Of a stretch of DNA of 64,000 bases, positions 1 to 14,449 are shown piece by piece; within the stretch, counting starts at the first letter, position 1, and each line of letters begins with the position of its first letter. The notes under the pieces were generated by a model. That model saw nothing but the letters and a program-made list of their open reading frames with translations, was not told the DNA's origin and did no database searches. Origin of the DNA: the human T2T-CHM13v2.0 reference genome, Homo sapiens; assembly GCF_009914755.1 (NCBI RefSeq), contig NC_060930.1, one strand, 5' to 3'. Both the position numbers and the translations under genes were made by a program.

Positions 1-217
1 TGTGTCCTATATGATGTTTTGGTCAATGACGGACTGCCTACATGACCGTGGATGGAGCAATAGGCTAGGTGTGTACTAGGTTCTACCTTCTAGGTTTGCA
101 TAAGTACACTTAAGTACACTCTATGATGTTCACATGATGAGGAAATTGCATGAGAATGAAATCGCCCAACGATGCATTTCTGAGAATGTATCCCCATTAC
201 TAAGTGACGCATGACCG
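1..217. mobile_element. Tigger3/MER7-like DNA transposon remnant (TcMar-Tigger)
   Basis: Ends ...gatgcatttctgagaatgtatccccattactaagtgacgcatgaccg followed by TA (218-219), resembling the Tigger3 terminus; truncated by window start. Confidence 0.7.
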
Positions 218-1433
218 TACTGGGAAGTAGAAAATATAATCAACACTGAAACTCATTATTTCATGAATATTATAAGTCAAAACAGAGCCAAATTTATGGA
301 GCCAAAAGAAATAAGTAAATTAGAGGATAGTATAAAGATACTATGAGAATGACTGGTATTTGGGGAACTTGGATACAGTCACCAATGTGAGATAAGCTCT
401 GATTTGGGAGGCAGGAGACCTTGGTTGTGGCACCTCCTCCAGAAGACAGAGCTACAGAGGCAGATGGGTGCTCTGTGTGTGCAATGCTGGGCAACCTTCG
501 AAGGCACTCGGCTCATCCTCCCAGATGACCCGTCCAGTCCCAGCCTCTCCTTGGAGCCTTGCCAGCCCCTAATATTTCAGCCTGTAAATGCTCCAATTAC
601 CCAGCGCTGCCCCACACATCTGCAATCACTTATAAACATATTTCCACCACTTCTGTCTCTTACTACCCTACTCCCCTGCACTCACAACTTGCATTGTTAA
701 AGTTACCTTCACTTTTCACATTGTTAATTTTTTTAAACCATATCTGAACTGGGAATTAAAGAAACTATTCCTAATTTTAAAAAGAAGCAGATGCTCATTG
801 AATAAATTTGAACAATACAAATAAAATGTGCTAGTTTATCTTTGCTCACCTACTACTTTTACTTAAATTTTATTTTAAGTAATTTTATTTTATTTTAGAG
901 ATTGGGGCAATCTTTCCCCCAATTTGATATAGAATCTTCTAGGATTTGTTTTTTATTTAAGTATTTGCATGTAGGATTTTTAAAAAATAAAATGGGGTAT
1001 TCTATGCTTGTTATTCAAGACTTTACCTTTTGCATTTATCAATGAATCATGGATATTCTTCCATGTTATGTACAAGCTCACCTCATCTTTTTTAACAGAT
1101 GCACAGAATTTTACAATGCTGTGTTTGAAAATGACTCCTGAAGGCCATTGAACCACTTTCCATGTGATTACATCAAGTCCAAGACCTGCATTAAGCCCCA
1201 GTGTCCTAAGGCATTCATTGTATGTCACAAATTAACTTCCTTCCTAGGTCTCTAGAATGATACTAGAATGCAACATCCTTGGAAAAATCAGGAGATAGTC
1301 ACTGGGATCACTTTCTGTATTCTGTGGTTCAGATGAGAAACCTCACTTGAGCAAGACTAGATCTCAACACAACACAGCATTGGATGCTCAACCCTCTTCT
1401 GCCAGAGGAGCTCCCAGATTTCACAGTTCCTCT

Positions 1434-2401
1434 TGTAACTGAACACAGGTTTGGCTGTTTGCCACCTGCAAAACCATAACAAGGATGGGGTGCTGTGGAA
1501 GGAAAGCGACTTTATTTTCTGAAGCCAGCAGTGTGGAAATGGTTCAGTCTCCTGTCTGTTAAAAGAAAAACTTCAGCTGAATTAAATTTAAAGGAGTTTA
1601 ATTGAGCAATGAACAATTCATGAGTCAGGCAGCCCCCAGAATCACAGCAGGTTTAGAGAGACTCCAGGGATGCCTCATGGTAGGAACAAATTTAGAGACA
1701 AAGAAAGGGAAGTGATGTATAAAAATCGGAAGTGATGTATAGAACAGCTGGATTGGTTACAGGTTGATGTTTGCCTTATTTGAACACAATTTGAACACTT
1801 AGCAGTCTACGAGTGATTGAAGTATGGCTGTTGGGATGGGCCAAGACTCAGCTATTGTTACAGGCACATACTCCTAAATTAGGTTTTCAGTCTTGTCTGC
1901 TTATTAAGCTAGGTGACAGTTCATCCACAAGGACTCAAATATACAAGTATGGAGTCCTTCTCAGGCCCTATTTAGTTTGCTTTAACACGCCTTAACAAAA
2001 CTACTTGGAAATTCCCAGGCAAAATGCTAAGGTTTAAGAAAGAGAAATTTGGTATGGAGGGCATGCAGTGCAGGACTATGTGACTTGTTCCAATGACTTA
2101 TCCTGAGTTATTGTCTCATCTGGTGAATGGGCTGGCACCATCTTGGGTTTGACAGGGTTGTAAATTAGCTGCAGCCTTAAAGTAATCTCCTAGTCAAGGA
2201 GAATTCCATAGGCACCTGGATTGTCTGAAGATTCAGTCTCCAGAACTTCTAAGCAAACATAATTAGATAAACCAGCAATGCAAGGAAGTGCCTAGTGGAA
2301 AGAAGGAGAGTAAAGGTTACTATTTCATTAGTAAAAAGTTAATACAAAGGGCCACAGAAAGAAAAGGAAAAAAAAAAGTAAAAATAGAGTACTTAATTAC
2401 A
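1434..2401 (-). mobile_element. ERV1-class solo LTR (subfamily uncertain), split by a MER57A1 LTR
   Basis: TG...CA ends (tgtaact...ttaca), flanks ctct/ctcc, minus-strand AATAAA near 1510; interrupted at 1557-1987. Confidence 0.55.
1557..1987 (-). mobile_element. MER57A1-like solo LTR
   Basis: tgttaaaagaaaaacttcagc...tttagtttgctttaaca; colinear with the LTRs at 53483-53912 and 61295-61682. Confidence 0.85.
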
Positions 2402-2458
2402 CTCCCATGCCCACTAACCCTCATCTAGTAATAGACAGAGTTATCACATACACACATA

Positions 2459-2995
2459 TGTAGGGGAGATTAAAAAAACTCTTCCTTTCCTCACTTAGCT
2501 TCTATGGCTGGGATACTGGAAATTAAACTGAAAAAAGACAGATGAATAAGAGAAAAACACAGTTTATTCACACATGCAGCATGAATACATTCAAGAGAAA
2601 TCTGGTGATTGGTCTCTCAAAGGGGCGATTAGAACTTGGAGCTTATAGAGCATGTTAACAAAGAATGATAAAGTTGTAGAGAAGTGACAAGGAAAAGGGG
2701 CTTAGGCTTTCAGGGGTGGGAAGGTAAATATAAGGGGAAAGACAAGTTGTTTTCCTAAGGTTTGTTATGTAGATTTCATCTCTGGGCTGAAAAGAATCTG
2801 ATTACTAAGAGTTATTCTGCTCTTCCTGGTACAGGAAGGGCACCTTTCTCATGGGAAATTTTATGTCCTACTTTTAGATAGAAAGGGGAAGGTCAGAAAG
2901 CTCTTCCTGCATCTGCTGTTTTTCAAGTGTCTTCAGCTCAAAATAATCCTTATGCCAATGGCATATTTTGGGGTGGCATATTCTGATTCCCTACA
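2459..2995 (-). mobile_element. MER34-group ERV1 solo LTR
   Basis: Reverse complement starts tgtagggaatcagaatatgccaccccaaaatatgcc, typical of the MER34 group; TG...CA ends. Confidence 0.65.
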
Positions 2996-4259
2996 ATAAA
3001 TACACAGTGAACTAAACTCCCACCTTTAATATTATTGCTCTCTCTCATATTGGCTCTTACTTAATATTAATAATTTCAGCTAACACTTTTGGAACACATT
3101 TTATATCCCAGGCACTGTGCTAAGCATGTCACATAATCTATGTCATTTCGTTCTTTCAACAACTCCATGAGACTCAAAGGGGTTAAGTAAGCCTTCCCAT
3201 GGTCACACGAATAGTAAGTGGGAAGAGACTGAAAAACGAATTTAAGCCTGCAGATTACTTCTAGTTCTCCAAAGCCTCACTAACACTGTTGGGATAAGCT
3301 CAGCCAGGAGTTGGAGTGAAGCTATCTTTTCTATGTTTGTATTTTGCTATGCCAAACACCCTTTAAGGCTAAAAGACTCCAGTTATCCATCTTAACTTGT
3401 TGGCCTTGAGAGGTAAGGAAGGTCTTTACACACAATGGGCACTTAAATCCATTTGAATGATGACTCTGCTGCCTTCATAACTTGTCAAGGGTTGGGACTA
3501 GAGTCCAGCATTCTGAGCCGCTGGATAAATCTGTCAGAGTGATTGCTGATGGCTTGTTTTCTTTCATTTGGTGGAATATTTATAGAAAAACTTTTAGCAG
3601 GCTCCAAAATGTAATATTCTCCAGAGATACATTTTTGGACCTTGAAACTACATCCTACAATGAAAAATAAATTGGTAGGATTTCAGATAAGGCTCCAGTA
3701 TTGATTTGTAAATACCTCTCAGAGTATTCAGCTATGCTTAGTTTAATTCCGTATTATTCTTATCTAATTCTACCAAAATTTTAAATAAGCTATTAACATT
3801 TTTAAAATTGTTTAAAGTAAAAAATTTTAAATTATTTTAGCAATTTTATTGCCAAAAACCAGTTGTTGAGTTATTTCAAAACTTTCTCAGAATCCAGGAG
3901 TCAAACAGGAAATTTAGAAAACACGTAGTCCAATATTGTTTTTTGAGAACAGGACAGAGGTACAGTGAGGGGTCTGGATTTGTCTGAAGTCTCAAAGCTA
4001 GTCTTTGTCTCAGTTATAAGTAAACAAATCAAATTCAATGATGTAAGGAGATGTTTTGGGAAGTAGTTGTCCTTTTTCTGAATTTATTGCTTATTTTTGT
4101 GTCTTCAATGCCTGGCATAATGCAATTACAATACAACTGCTCAAGAAACATTTACTAAGTTAGATGATGTGTCAAAAATGTGATCTCTTTTCAGAAAAAA
4201 TATTTGCTTTTATTAGTTACTGATCCAAATAATTTTTAAAACAAAAAATGTAAACATAT

Positions 4260-4681
4260 CATAAAAGAAAAATTGCACCAGCCAGAGTTAAACAGTCAAG
4301 GAAGACTTTATTCAAGATTGTTGCAATAGGGGAAAGAGATTGAACTCAATTCCACAAAAACAAACGGTGGGAGAGTTTTCAAACTCTGGAATCAGCCAGT
4401 GGAAAAGTACTAGAGGGTGGAGAGAGGTGGGTCAATGTGATTGGGCATCTGTGTTTGCTAGCCTGTGTTTATCAAAGCCAGGCTCCTACCCATCCACAGA
4501 GAGGGCCATCTTTCTCAGTGATTACATTTCAAAGGGATGGTTCACAGGTCCTTGAGAAAGACATTCCTGGGCTGTAAAACTGGCAAGCAGCTGGGAGAAG
4601 ATTTACATCTCAAAGGGGGCAGAGAAAGAATTTACAATTGCAAGTTTTCTAAACTAGGTGCTCTAAGAAAAGGAAAGTCAG
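4260..4681 (-). mobile_element. MER67-like ERV1 LTR, truncated at an Alu
   Basis: agatttacatctcaaagggggcagagaaagaatttacaattgcaagttttctaa motif; no continuation after the Alu. Confidence 0.65.
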
Positions 4682-5087
<406 letters not shown>

Positions 5088-5694
5088 CTAAAAGAATTTC
5101 TACCTATCCATATTATTTATAAGCAAAGCTTGGCTAAGGTGAGTTTTGGGAGTGCAAACTCCCCACAGTTTTACCACTCATGGAATTTTTCTCGAGAAGT
5201 TAATATGTACCACCAAAATAGGAGAATGAACCAAGATACAGGAAGGCATGGAGAGTAGGAATGAAGAGATCCCATACAGGAAAGAGGAGAAAGACATCCC
5301 CCAGAGGACAGGGCAGGGTGCTCCCCAGGACACAGGCATTTAGATGGAGACAGACTAAAAGAGCCCCAGTAATTTTCCTTATGAAGATTAAAGTGATAGA
5401 ACTGGAGAAGAGATTGAGATATCTGATGATGACTTAGGGCTTACATTCAGGATAAGGTCATAGAAACCCAACAGACTGAATATACAGACAATGGCCAGAC
5501 CATATACAAAGATAGAACTCTGACCCACAACTTGGAGTAACCAGCCCCAGAAACCAATTCATTATCTACAGTAACCAGCCCAGGAAACCAGCCATTTTTC
5601 TACAAGTCAGATTTGTAGGAAGTTAGACTGTTATCTCTAGCAAGTGGTCCATGAAGGCAAACAGTCCCTGTAACAGTCAGTTAAAACAGTCAGG

Positions 5695-6001
5695 GACATG
5701 GATGAAGTGGAAACCATCATTCTCAGCAAACTAACACAGGAACAGAAAACCAAACACTGCATGTTCTCACTCATAAGTGGGAGTTGAACCATGAGAACAC
5801 ATGGACACAGGGAAGAGAACATCACACACCGGGGCCTGTCATGGGGTGGGGGACTAGGGGAGGGATAGCATTAGGAGAAATACCTAATGTAGATGACAGG
5901 TTGGTGGGTGCAGCAAACCACCATGGCACGTGTATACCTATGTAACAAACCTGCACATTCTGCACATGTATCCCAAAATTTAAAGTATAATAATAATTAA
6001 A
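5695..6001 (+). mobile_element. L1PA (PA7/PA8-like) 3' end, 5'-truncated
   Basis: L1PA 3'UTR with G-rich tract and A-rich tail; TSD aaaacagtcagg (5683-5694) / aaaacagccagg (6002-6013). Confidence 0.9.
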
Positions 6002-6053
6002 AAAACAGCCAGGATTTGATTAATAACTGACAACTTCCTTAATTTTTGTTCCT

Positions 6054-6567
6054 TGTTGGGAACAGGACCCCCAAAATCTGGCCATAAACTGGCCCCAAAA
6101 CTTGCCATAAACAAAATCTCTGCAGCACTGTGACATGTTCATGATGGCCATAATGCCCACCCTGGATGGTTGTGGGTTTACCAGAATGAGGGCAAGGAAC
6201 ACCTGGCCCACCCAGGGCAGAAAACCACTAAAGGCGTTCTTAAACCACAAACAATAGTATGAGCAATCTGTGCCTTAAGGACATGCTCCTGCTGCAGATA
6301 ACTAGCCCAACCCATCCCTTTATTTCAGCCCATCCCTTTGTTTTCCATAAGGGATACTTTTAGTTAATCTAATATCTATAGAAACAATGCTAATGACTGG
6401 CTTGCTATTAATAAATACGTGGGTAAATCTCTGTTGGGGGCTCTCAGCTCTGAAGGCTGTGAGACCCCTGATTTCCCACTCCACTCCTCTATATTTCTGT
6501 GTGTGTGTGTCTTTAATTTCTCTAGCGCCACAGGGTTAGGGTCTCCTCAACCGAGCTGGTCTCAGCA
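6054..6567 (+). mobile_element. MER9a solo LTR (HERV-K HML-3)
   Basis: tgttgggaacagg...ctggtctcagca; perfect 6-bp TSD gttcct (6048-6053, 6568-6573). Confidence 0.9.
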
Positions 6568-7059
6568 GTTCCTGCTTCCAATTAGGATGAATCAGAGAAA
6601 GCCAAATATTCACCTTTAACCAATCACACAGGATGCCCCACTTCCTGTTAGCCTGCCTCCAACTTCCTGATGCCAACAGCTTCTAACCAGAGCACACCTG
6701 AAACCTCTTTTTTCCACTCTAAAGATTTCCCCACTCCTCTGCCTGCCTTGAGTTTCTGCCAAAATACAAGTGATGGTGGTTGATTCCCCTGCTATTGCAA
6801 GCTCTGAATAAATAGCCTTTGTTTTCATTGGTGGGTTTTTATTTCCACAAACCTAAATGAAAAAAAAATTTTTTTAATGCATGGAAAAGAAAAAACAATA
6901 ATAACCTACTATGTATCTTAGCTGTGAATAGCAAGTTCATAACTGAAACAATGTAAGCATTAAATATTAACCTATATTTTTGTTTTTATTGAATGAGTTA
7001 AAAAGTATATCTAGTCTACTGCACTGCATGAGATAGATGCCTTTAAAAGTCTTGTTAAA

Positions 7060-10000
7060 ATAAATCTACACTATTGTGATATAATTTGTATGTAATAAAA
7101 TGTAGCCATTTAAGTGTCGAGTTTAGTAATTTTGACAAATATAGTCACCCCTGTAACCACCACTACAATGAAGAACATTTCAGCACCCCAAAAGTTTCCT
7201 TGTGCCCCCTTGCAGTTAGACGCCCTCTCTACACTCAGCCCCAGGCAATCACTGACCTGCTCTCTGTCATTGATTAGATTTCCCTATAAAGGAATTTCAT
7301 GTAGATGGAAGCATGCAGAACCATTGTTGTTTCCATTTGCATCCTCACCAGCAATGTCTGCAAGCGTCAGTTGCTTCACATTAGCCCCAGTTAGTCCTGC
7401 CAGTCTTCTAAATTTTAACTAATCTAAGTGAGTGCATAGAGGTAACTATTTGCAGTTTTGTTTTGTTTTAGGGACATAGAATGTGCTTTTGTTTTCAAGA
7501 TGTTTCCTGTCACACAGACTTTCAACTATTTCCCTTCCTGGAATGGACGAGGAGACAGGTGTCAGCCGACTATACATTTCAGGGTATTTTCAGGTATGGA
7601 AGTTGCTGTGTACATTAAGTTACTATCGTTAGGTTTAAATGAAAATCAGATTTCACAGGAGCTTCTGAGCTTGTTCAAATATAAGATTAAAGATGATCAA
7701 AGCATGGTTCTCATGGTAAAGATCCTGTGAATCTTTATGAGCCTGTACTGCTCCCTAGACTGCACCTATCACTCTATGCAGTAACCATTTTCCTCCCATT
7801 ATATTCTTTATTTCAAGTAAGGTTTATTGAGATATAATTTCCAATAGTGTAATTCACTCTTCTTAGGTGTACATTCAATAAAGTTTGACAAATGTATATA
7901 GTCCTATAATCACTACCACAATAAAAATATAAACTATTTTTATCACCCCGAAAGTTCCCCTTGTGGCCCTTTGTAGTCAATCCCCTCCCTCCACCTCCAG
8001 CTCCTGGCAGCTATAGATCTGATTTGCCCCTTCCAGAAGTTTCACATCATTGGAACCACACCATATTATAGCTTTTCCAGATTGGTTTCTCTCATTTAGC
8101 AATATGCATCTGAGATTCATCCATGCTGTGGTATTGGCAGTTTGTTTCTCTTTATTGCTGAGTAATATTTCATTGTATGAATGAACCACAATTTGTCTAT
8201 CCATTTATTGATTGACATTTAAATAACTCCTGTTTTTCAAAATTATGAATAAAGCTGCTATAAAGTTGCATGCATGTCTTTCTGTCAATATGTATCTTTC
8301 ATTTCTTTTAATTCAATACCTACGAATGGAATTGCTGAGTCCAATAGTATGCTGAACTTTCTAAAATACTGCCAAACTGTTTTCTAAGGTAACTTTCCAA
8401 TTTTATATTCTCACTGGTAATATACGAAATTTCATTTGCTCTGGATCCTTGTCTACACTTGGTATTGTTTTGAAAATTTTAGCCAATCCAATAAGTGCAT
8501 AATAATTTTCATTGTGTTCTTAATCTGCATTTTCTCAATGATTAATGATGTTGAGCATCTTTTTAAGCACTTACTTTCTAACCGTATTTCTTCAGTGAAG
8601 CATCTGTTAAAATTTTTGCCCATTTTTTTTGTTTTTGGTTTTGTTTTTACTGAGTTACAAGGATTCTTTATAGATTCTTGATACAAGTCATTTTAGACGT
8701 GTGTCCTGCAAAGATCTCCTAGTTTGATTGTTTACATATTTTGCTTGAGGTATATTTCAAAGAATAAAAGTTTATAATTTTGCCATAGTATAATTTCTCA
8801 ATTTTTTAAGTGGGTTTGTCTTCTTATGTCTTTAGAAACCTTTGCCTATGCCAGTATGACAAGGATTTTCTCCTAGGTTTCCTTTAGAAGTTATATAGTT
8901 TTGCAGTTTACACTTAGGACTATGACCCAACTCAAGTTCTGTTTTGTATATGGTATGAAGTAAGAGTTGAGGTTATTTATTTATTTTTGACTTGAATATC
9001 CAGATTTTCTGGAAACATTTTTTAAAAAGTCTCTCTTTGCTGAATTATCTTGGCACCTTATCAAAACTGAATTGATCATATATGTGCAGGGTGTTTTTCC
9101 TTGCAATATGTTTGTAATGCTGGCCTCATAAAAGGAATTGGGAAATAATCTCTTCAATTTCTTGGAAGGGTTTGCATAAAATTGGTATTCATTTTTTCTT
9201 ACATGTTTGCTAGAATTCCTCAGTTAAGTCATATGCGCCTGGACTTTTCTTTGTGGGAAAGTTTTTAACTACAATTTCTTTAATAGATAGAAGTCCTATT
9301 CAGGTTATTTATTCCTGCTTATAGGAACTTTAGCCATTTATATTTCAAGGAATGTGCCCATTTAATCTATATCGTCAAATTTATTAGTATAGTATTTGTT
9401 ACTATAAAACAGTTAATACTTCTTTATCCTCTTTAATACTTTCTATTACTGCTTTAGTTGCATCAAACAAGTATGGGAATTTTGTGTTTTCACCTTCACT
9501 TGGTTTAAAATACTTTGTAGTCTTTTGATTTCTTCTTTGACTCATTGATTGCTTAGAAGTGTGTTATTTTGTTTCCAAATATTTGAAGATTTTTTTCCAG
9601 ATTACTTTCTGTTATGGATTATAATTTAATTCCATTTTGGTCAGAAAATACATTGTGTGAGACTTGAACCCTTTTATATTTTTTGAGACTTCTTTTATGT
9701 CCCAAGAATATGGTCTGTCTTAGTAAATGTTGTGTGTGCATTTGAGAAAAATGAGCATTCTGCTGTTGTTCAGTGGACTATCCTATAAATATCAATTAGA
9801 TCAATTTGGTTGACAGAGTTGTTTAAATCTTCTATATCCTACTAATTTTATGTCTACTTATTTGATCAATTATTGAGAAGGAGGTGTAGGGGTTCTGAAC
9901 TCTCCAATTATAATTGTAAATTGTCTATTCCTCCTTGCAGTTTATTCATTTCTGTTTCATATATTTTAAAGATCTATTATTAAGTGTACATACATTTAGG

Positions 10001-10650
10001 ATTTTTTTGTTCTCTTGATTAATTAACTTCTATCATTATGAAATAACTTGTTTGTTTCTGGTAATATTCTTTGCTGTGAAGTTAATTTTGTTTGGTATTA
10101 ACATAGAAACAATATTTTTCTTATTTACTTTTAAATGTTAGTACGATATATCTTGTTTTATCTTTTTAACTTCTGACCTATTTGTGTTTTTATGTGTAAA
10201 ATGAGTTTCTTGTAAGCAGCATATAGTTGTCTTTCTTTTTTATCCAATTTGACAATCTCTTTTAATCAAAATGTTTGAACCATTTACATTTAATATGGTG
10301 TTGATCCTTATGAAATTTTCATGAGCTCTTCTTCCATGAACTTCCCCACACTCCCCAGTACTCTGCCCTACATGTTGTAGCCAATTTAGCCTCCTCATAA
10401 TTCAGTCTGTGTCTCCTCAAGTAAAATGAATCTCTCTCCAAGATTCATGATCCAGAAACACCCTCAAGCAGATAGCTGGGTTCACTTCATTTGTCTCTCT
10501 TCTCCCAGGAATCACATCCCTGCATTGCCTGTTGCCTAATATCCCAAAGCCGTTTCCTTATTATTTTGCCAATTTTCTAGTAGTTTATGATGGGAGGGTA
10601 AATCCAGCTCTAATTATTCAATCATGGCTGAAATGGATGTCTCCTTCAAA
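7060..10650 (-). mobile_element. Old L1M (MB/MC/MD-type) fragments, antisense
   Basis: L1 3'UTR/ORF2-like antisense text; minus-strand ORF2-like peptide KCLKRCSTSLIIEKMQIK; several joined fragments. Confidence 0.75.
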
Positions 10651-10728
10651 ATCTTTTTAAATTAATAAATTAGCTGAAGAAATCATGACATATACAGTGT
10701 CAAAGACTAGCTATAAAATGATATAAAT

Positions 10729-10755
10729 TTGTATATATATACATGTATATGTGTA

Positions 10756-10787
<32 letters not shown>
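10729..10787. repeat. (TA)n/(TG)n compound microsatellite
   Basis: Direct reading. Confidence 0.9.
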
Positions 10788-10788
10788 G

Positions 10789-10868
10789 TTGGTTGGTGCA
10801 AATGTAATCACATATTTTTGCCATTAAAAGTAATGGTAAAAACCATGATTATGTTTGCACCAACCTAA
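10789..10868. mobile_element. MADE1 mariner MITE
   Basis: 80-bp imperfect palindrome ggttggtgcaaa...tttgcaccaacctaa flanked by TA. Confidence 0.85.
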
Positions 10869-11742
10869 TATACAAATTTAATATAAAATAATATAAATGT
10901 GGCAGTATAGTATCTACTTCACTAGGATCCCTCATTTACTACCCATATCCTAGCACTGGATTCTCCCTCAGTGTAATGGCAGTTGGCCTCCTCTTGTCAT
11001 TTGCACCTTTCTGTATTGAAAATCACAGTGCAGATGTATGCACCCCCATATATCTCATTCTCTAGTCAAGTTTTTCAATGCAACAAAAATGATTTTAATT
11101 ATAAAAGTAAGGGTAAACTGTTAAAAATCACTGTCCAGGACTCACTGAGTCCCAGCCCTGAGGATAGTTTTGCTTGAACTGCTTTGGGATGCAGTTGTTC
11201 TCTCATGCTCACATTGTTTTGGGACTAGTATCCTTTATAGCAATGTCCCTGAGAAATCCGTATTCCCTTTCAGTCTAGACAGAGCCGGGAAAGATTTGTT
11301 TTTAACAGAGTGCAAATGATTTCTGCTTTATGCACTTCATCTGATATATTTATTCTTCTCCAACATCATCCTCTTCTTCTTCATTATCATTAAAATTTTA
11401 ACAGCAATTTTTTAAAAAATTAAATGCTTGTTCAATTTTTTGATTTAGAAACATTGTATTATTATATACTTACAATTAATACAATTTTGTAAGGAAAGTA
11501 ATTATTAACTCCTACTCTATAAAAATGAAATTAAACACATAAATGTTACAAGACTTGCCCAAGGTAAGGTAGATATAAATAACAGAGCTAAGATTAAAGT
11601 CCAGGCCTTCTGATTACAAATCCCATATAGTTTTATCACCATACCAAAATACCTTTTCTCTGGTCCCTCTCTTAATTAGTGATAAAATTGTTTTTTTCTC
11701 AACTAATCTTGCCTTCAAAATTCATGTTTGATGTAACTTTTA

Positions 11743-12043
11743 GTTATTATTATTTTTTTTGGAGATGGGGTCTCACTCTGTCGCCCAGGCTGTAGTGCAG
11801 TGGCACAATCTCGGCTTACTGCAACCTCTGCCTCCCAGGTTCAAGTGATTCTACTGCCTCAGCCTCCCAAGTCTCTGGGATTACAGGCACATGCCACCAC
11901 GCCTGGCTAATTTTTTGTGTTTTAGTAGAGATGGGGTTTCACGGTGTTGCCCAGGCTGGTCTCGAATTTCTGAGCCCGGGCAATCTGCCCACCTTGGCCT
12001 CCCAAAGTGCTAGGATTACAGGTGTGAGCCACCGTGCCCGGCC
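11743..12043 (-). mobile_element. AluJ-like (Jb)
   Basis: Antisense Alu; TSD gtttgatgtaactttta (11726-11742, 12045-12061). Confidence 0.92.
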
Positions 12044-12448
12044 GGTTTGATGTAACTTTTAAAATATTTCAGAGGCTTTCAACCTTCCTGGAGTCACAGA
12101 GCAGCATCCCTTATATAAATATGTTAAGAGAATCTCTTTTTAAAGAAGGTTCACAGTATAAATGTTTGCTGTCGGCACTTTTGTCTTGATGACACATAAG
12201 GATCTTAAAAGCTGTTTGTAAGTCCATTGGTTCATGAATCCAAAGTATCACTTTCAAATCAATTAAAATATCCATATCTGTGTAAAGTTAGGCTTTTCCA
12301 GAGAACACACATATTGACGGCATTAGTTCAGACTTTCTTAACTTTCTTGGCTCTCTTATTATGACTCTCATCACTCTTCCTAATTTGCACTTTTTGGAAA
12401 TGATGAAGTTAATGATGTTAATAAACTAACTCAAAAAACACAAACACA

Positions 12449-13070
<622 letters not shown>

Positions 13071-13116
13071 AGAGTAACAAACTTAAGCCAAGACTAAAAT
13101 GTCTGTGCACAATCAT

Positions 13117-13135
13117 GGTGCCATCTGTTGGTGAA
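13117..13135 (-). promoter_or_regulatory. Candidate CTCF core motif
   Basis: Minus strand ttcaccaacagatggcacc closely matches the CCASYAGRKGGCRS core. Confidence 0.5.
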
Positions 13136-13331
13136 GAGTAGAAATGGTGGGCTTTTGCTCTGAAAAGGAACTTTGTTCATCTGTATCAACGGTTTGAAAG
13201 TTTGTAAATAGCAAAGCACCAATATCTATTAAGTATTAATATATAGCAGCATAATTACTCCTCATGTATCCTACAACTATGTACCTGCAATGGACTGTAA
13301 TTCACCTCGTGATCCCAAGAGGCCTTGCAGA

Positions 13332-13333
<2 letters not shown>

Positions 13334-13377
<44 letters not shown>
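13334..13377. repeat. (TG)n microsatellite
   Basis: About 21 TG units. Confidence 0.95.
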
Positions 13378-13381
<4 letters not shown>

Positions 13382-13857
13382 TGTGCATGTGCATATACCC
13401 TGTGGGATACAGAAAGTGAAAAGAAGTTAGCAGTCTGTGCCCTTGTAACTCTTCTTGCAGACCTAGCATTGCAGGAATTTGTTCATCTGGCTTTTTGGAT
13501 GAGGTCCCACCTTTTCTGCATTGCCATTGAACATGACTTCTCATCACATAGCAGAAAAAGCATGGCATTTGAAACAAGAAACTCTTGGTAATAGCCTTAT
13601 TTCTGCCATTCACTGACTATTTGATCTGAAGCAAGCTACCAAATTTCTGTGGTCTTTGGTTTTCTCATATAAGAATCAGGATGATAACAACTGCAACACA
13701 GCAAGATAGTTGTGATAAAATGTATGTCAGAGCTCCACAGAAAAACCTACCCTACTTAATCATGGCATAGTATTCTAGAAACAGAGGTGGTGGAAGATAC
13801 AAGTTATGCCACACACCATGTCTTTTTTTTAACATGCTTATATTTGCCTTTAAAAAA

Positions 13858-14070
13858 TACACACACACACAACACACACACACAAACCCACACACACACA
13901 CATATATATATTAAATTATAGATTCAGGGGATACATGTGCAGGTTTGTTACATGGATATATTATGTAGTGGTGAGGTTTGGGCTTCTAGTGTACCCATCA
14001 CCTAAACAATGAACATTGTACCAAATAGGCAATTTTTCAACCCTCAACCCCCTCCCACCCATATACCATG
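13858..14070 (-). mobile_element. L1P (PA16/PB-like) 3' end with (CA)n/(TA)n-converted tail
   Basis: gattcagggggatacatgtgcaggtttgttacatgg is an antisense L1P 3' terminus. Confidence 0.75.
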
Positions 14071-14449
14071 TTGATTCGCTTAATGTGTCAGCCTGGAGGT
14101 TTGAAACACATTTCATTAATTTTGAAATTTCATTTTTTAAATTTAGCAGAAGTCAATATATTTTCAAACTATCTCTCACACAGTGTTTCAATGCTAAAAT
14201 GCTATTTGATCAAGTTGGTAAAATTATGCCCACAGCTCTGCTATTGTAACGTTGCTCATCCCCGGACAGACCTTCCATGTAGGATATAACCAGTCTTCAA
14301 ATTTAAGGGTTAAAAACCTCCCTTCCTGGGAATGTTCAGCCTTTATCATGGCTTCAGCATCATATTCTTGCCAGTGATTCTTTTTTTATGACCTTTCACC
14401 TGACATCTACGCACCTCATTGATTAAGAGATACTTTAATTTGGACTTCA

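Larger units (their letters stand above)
5469..6849 (+). mobile_element. ERV1-like solo LTR (subfamily uncertain) hosting L1PA and MER9 insertions
   Basis: AACC on both flanks (5465-5468, 6850-6853), CCAAT and AATAAA, ends ttccaca; host sequence is continuous across both inserts. Confidence 0.55.
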
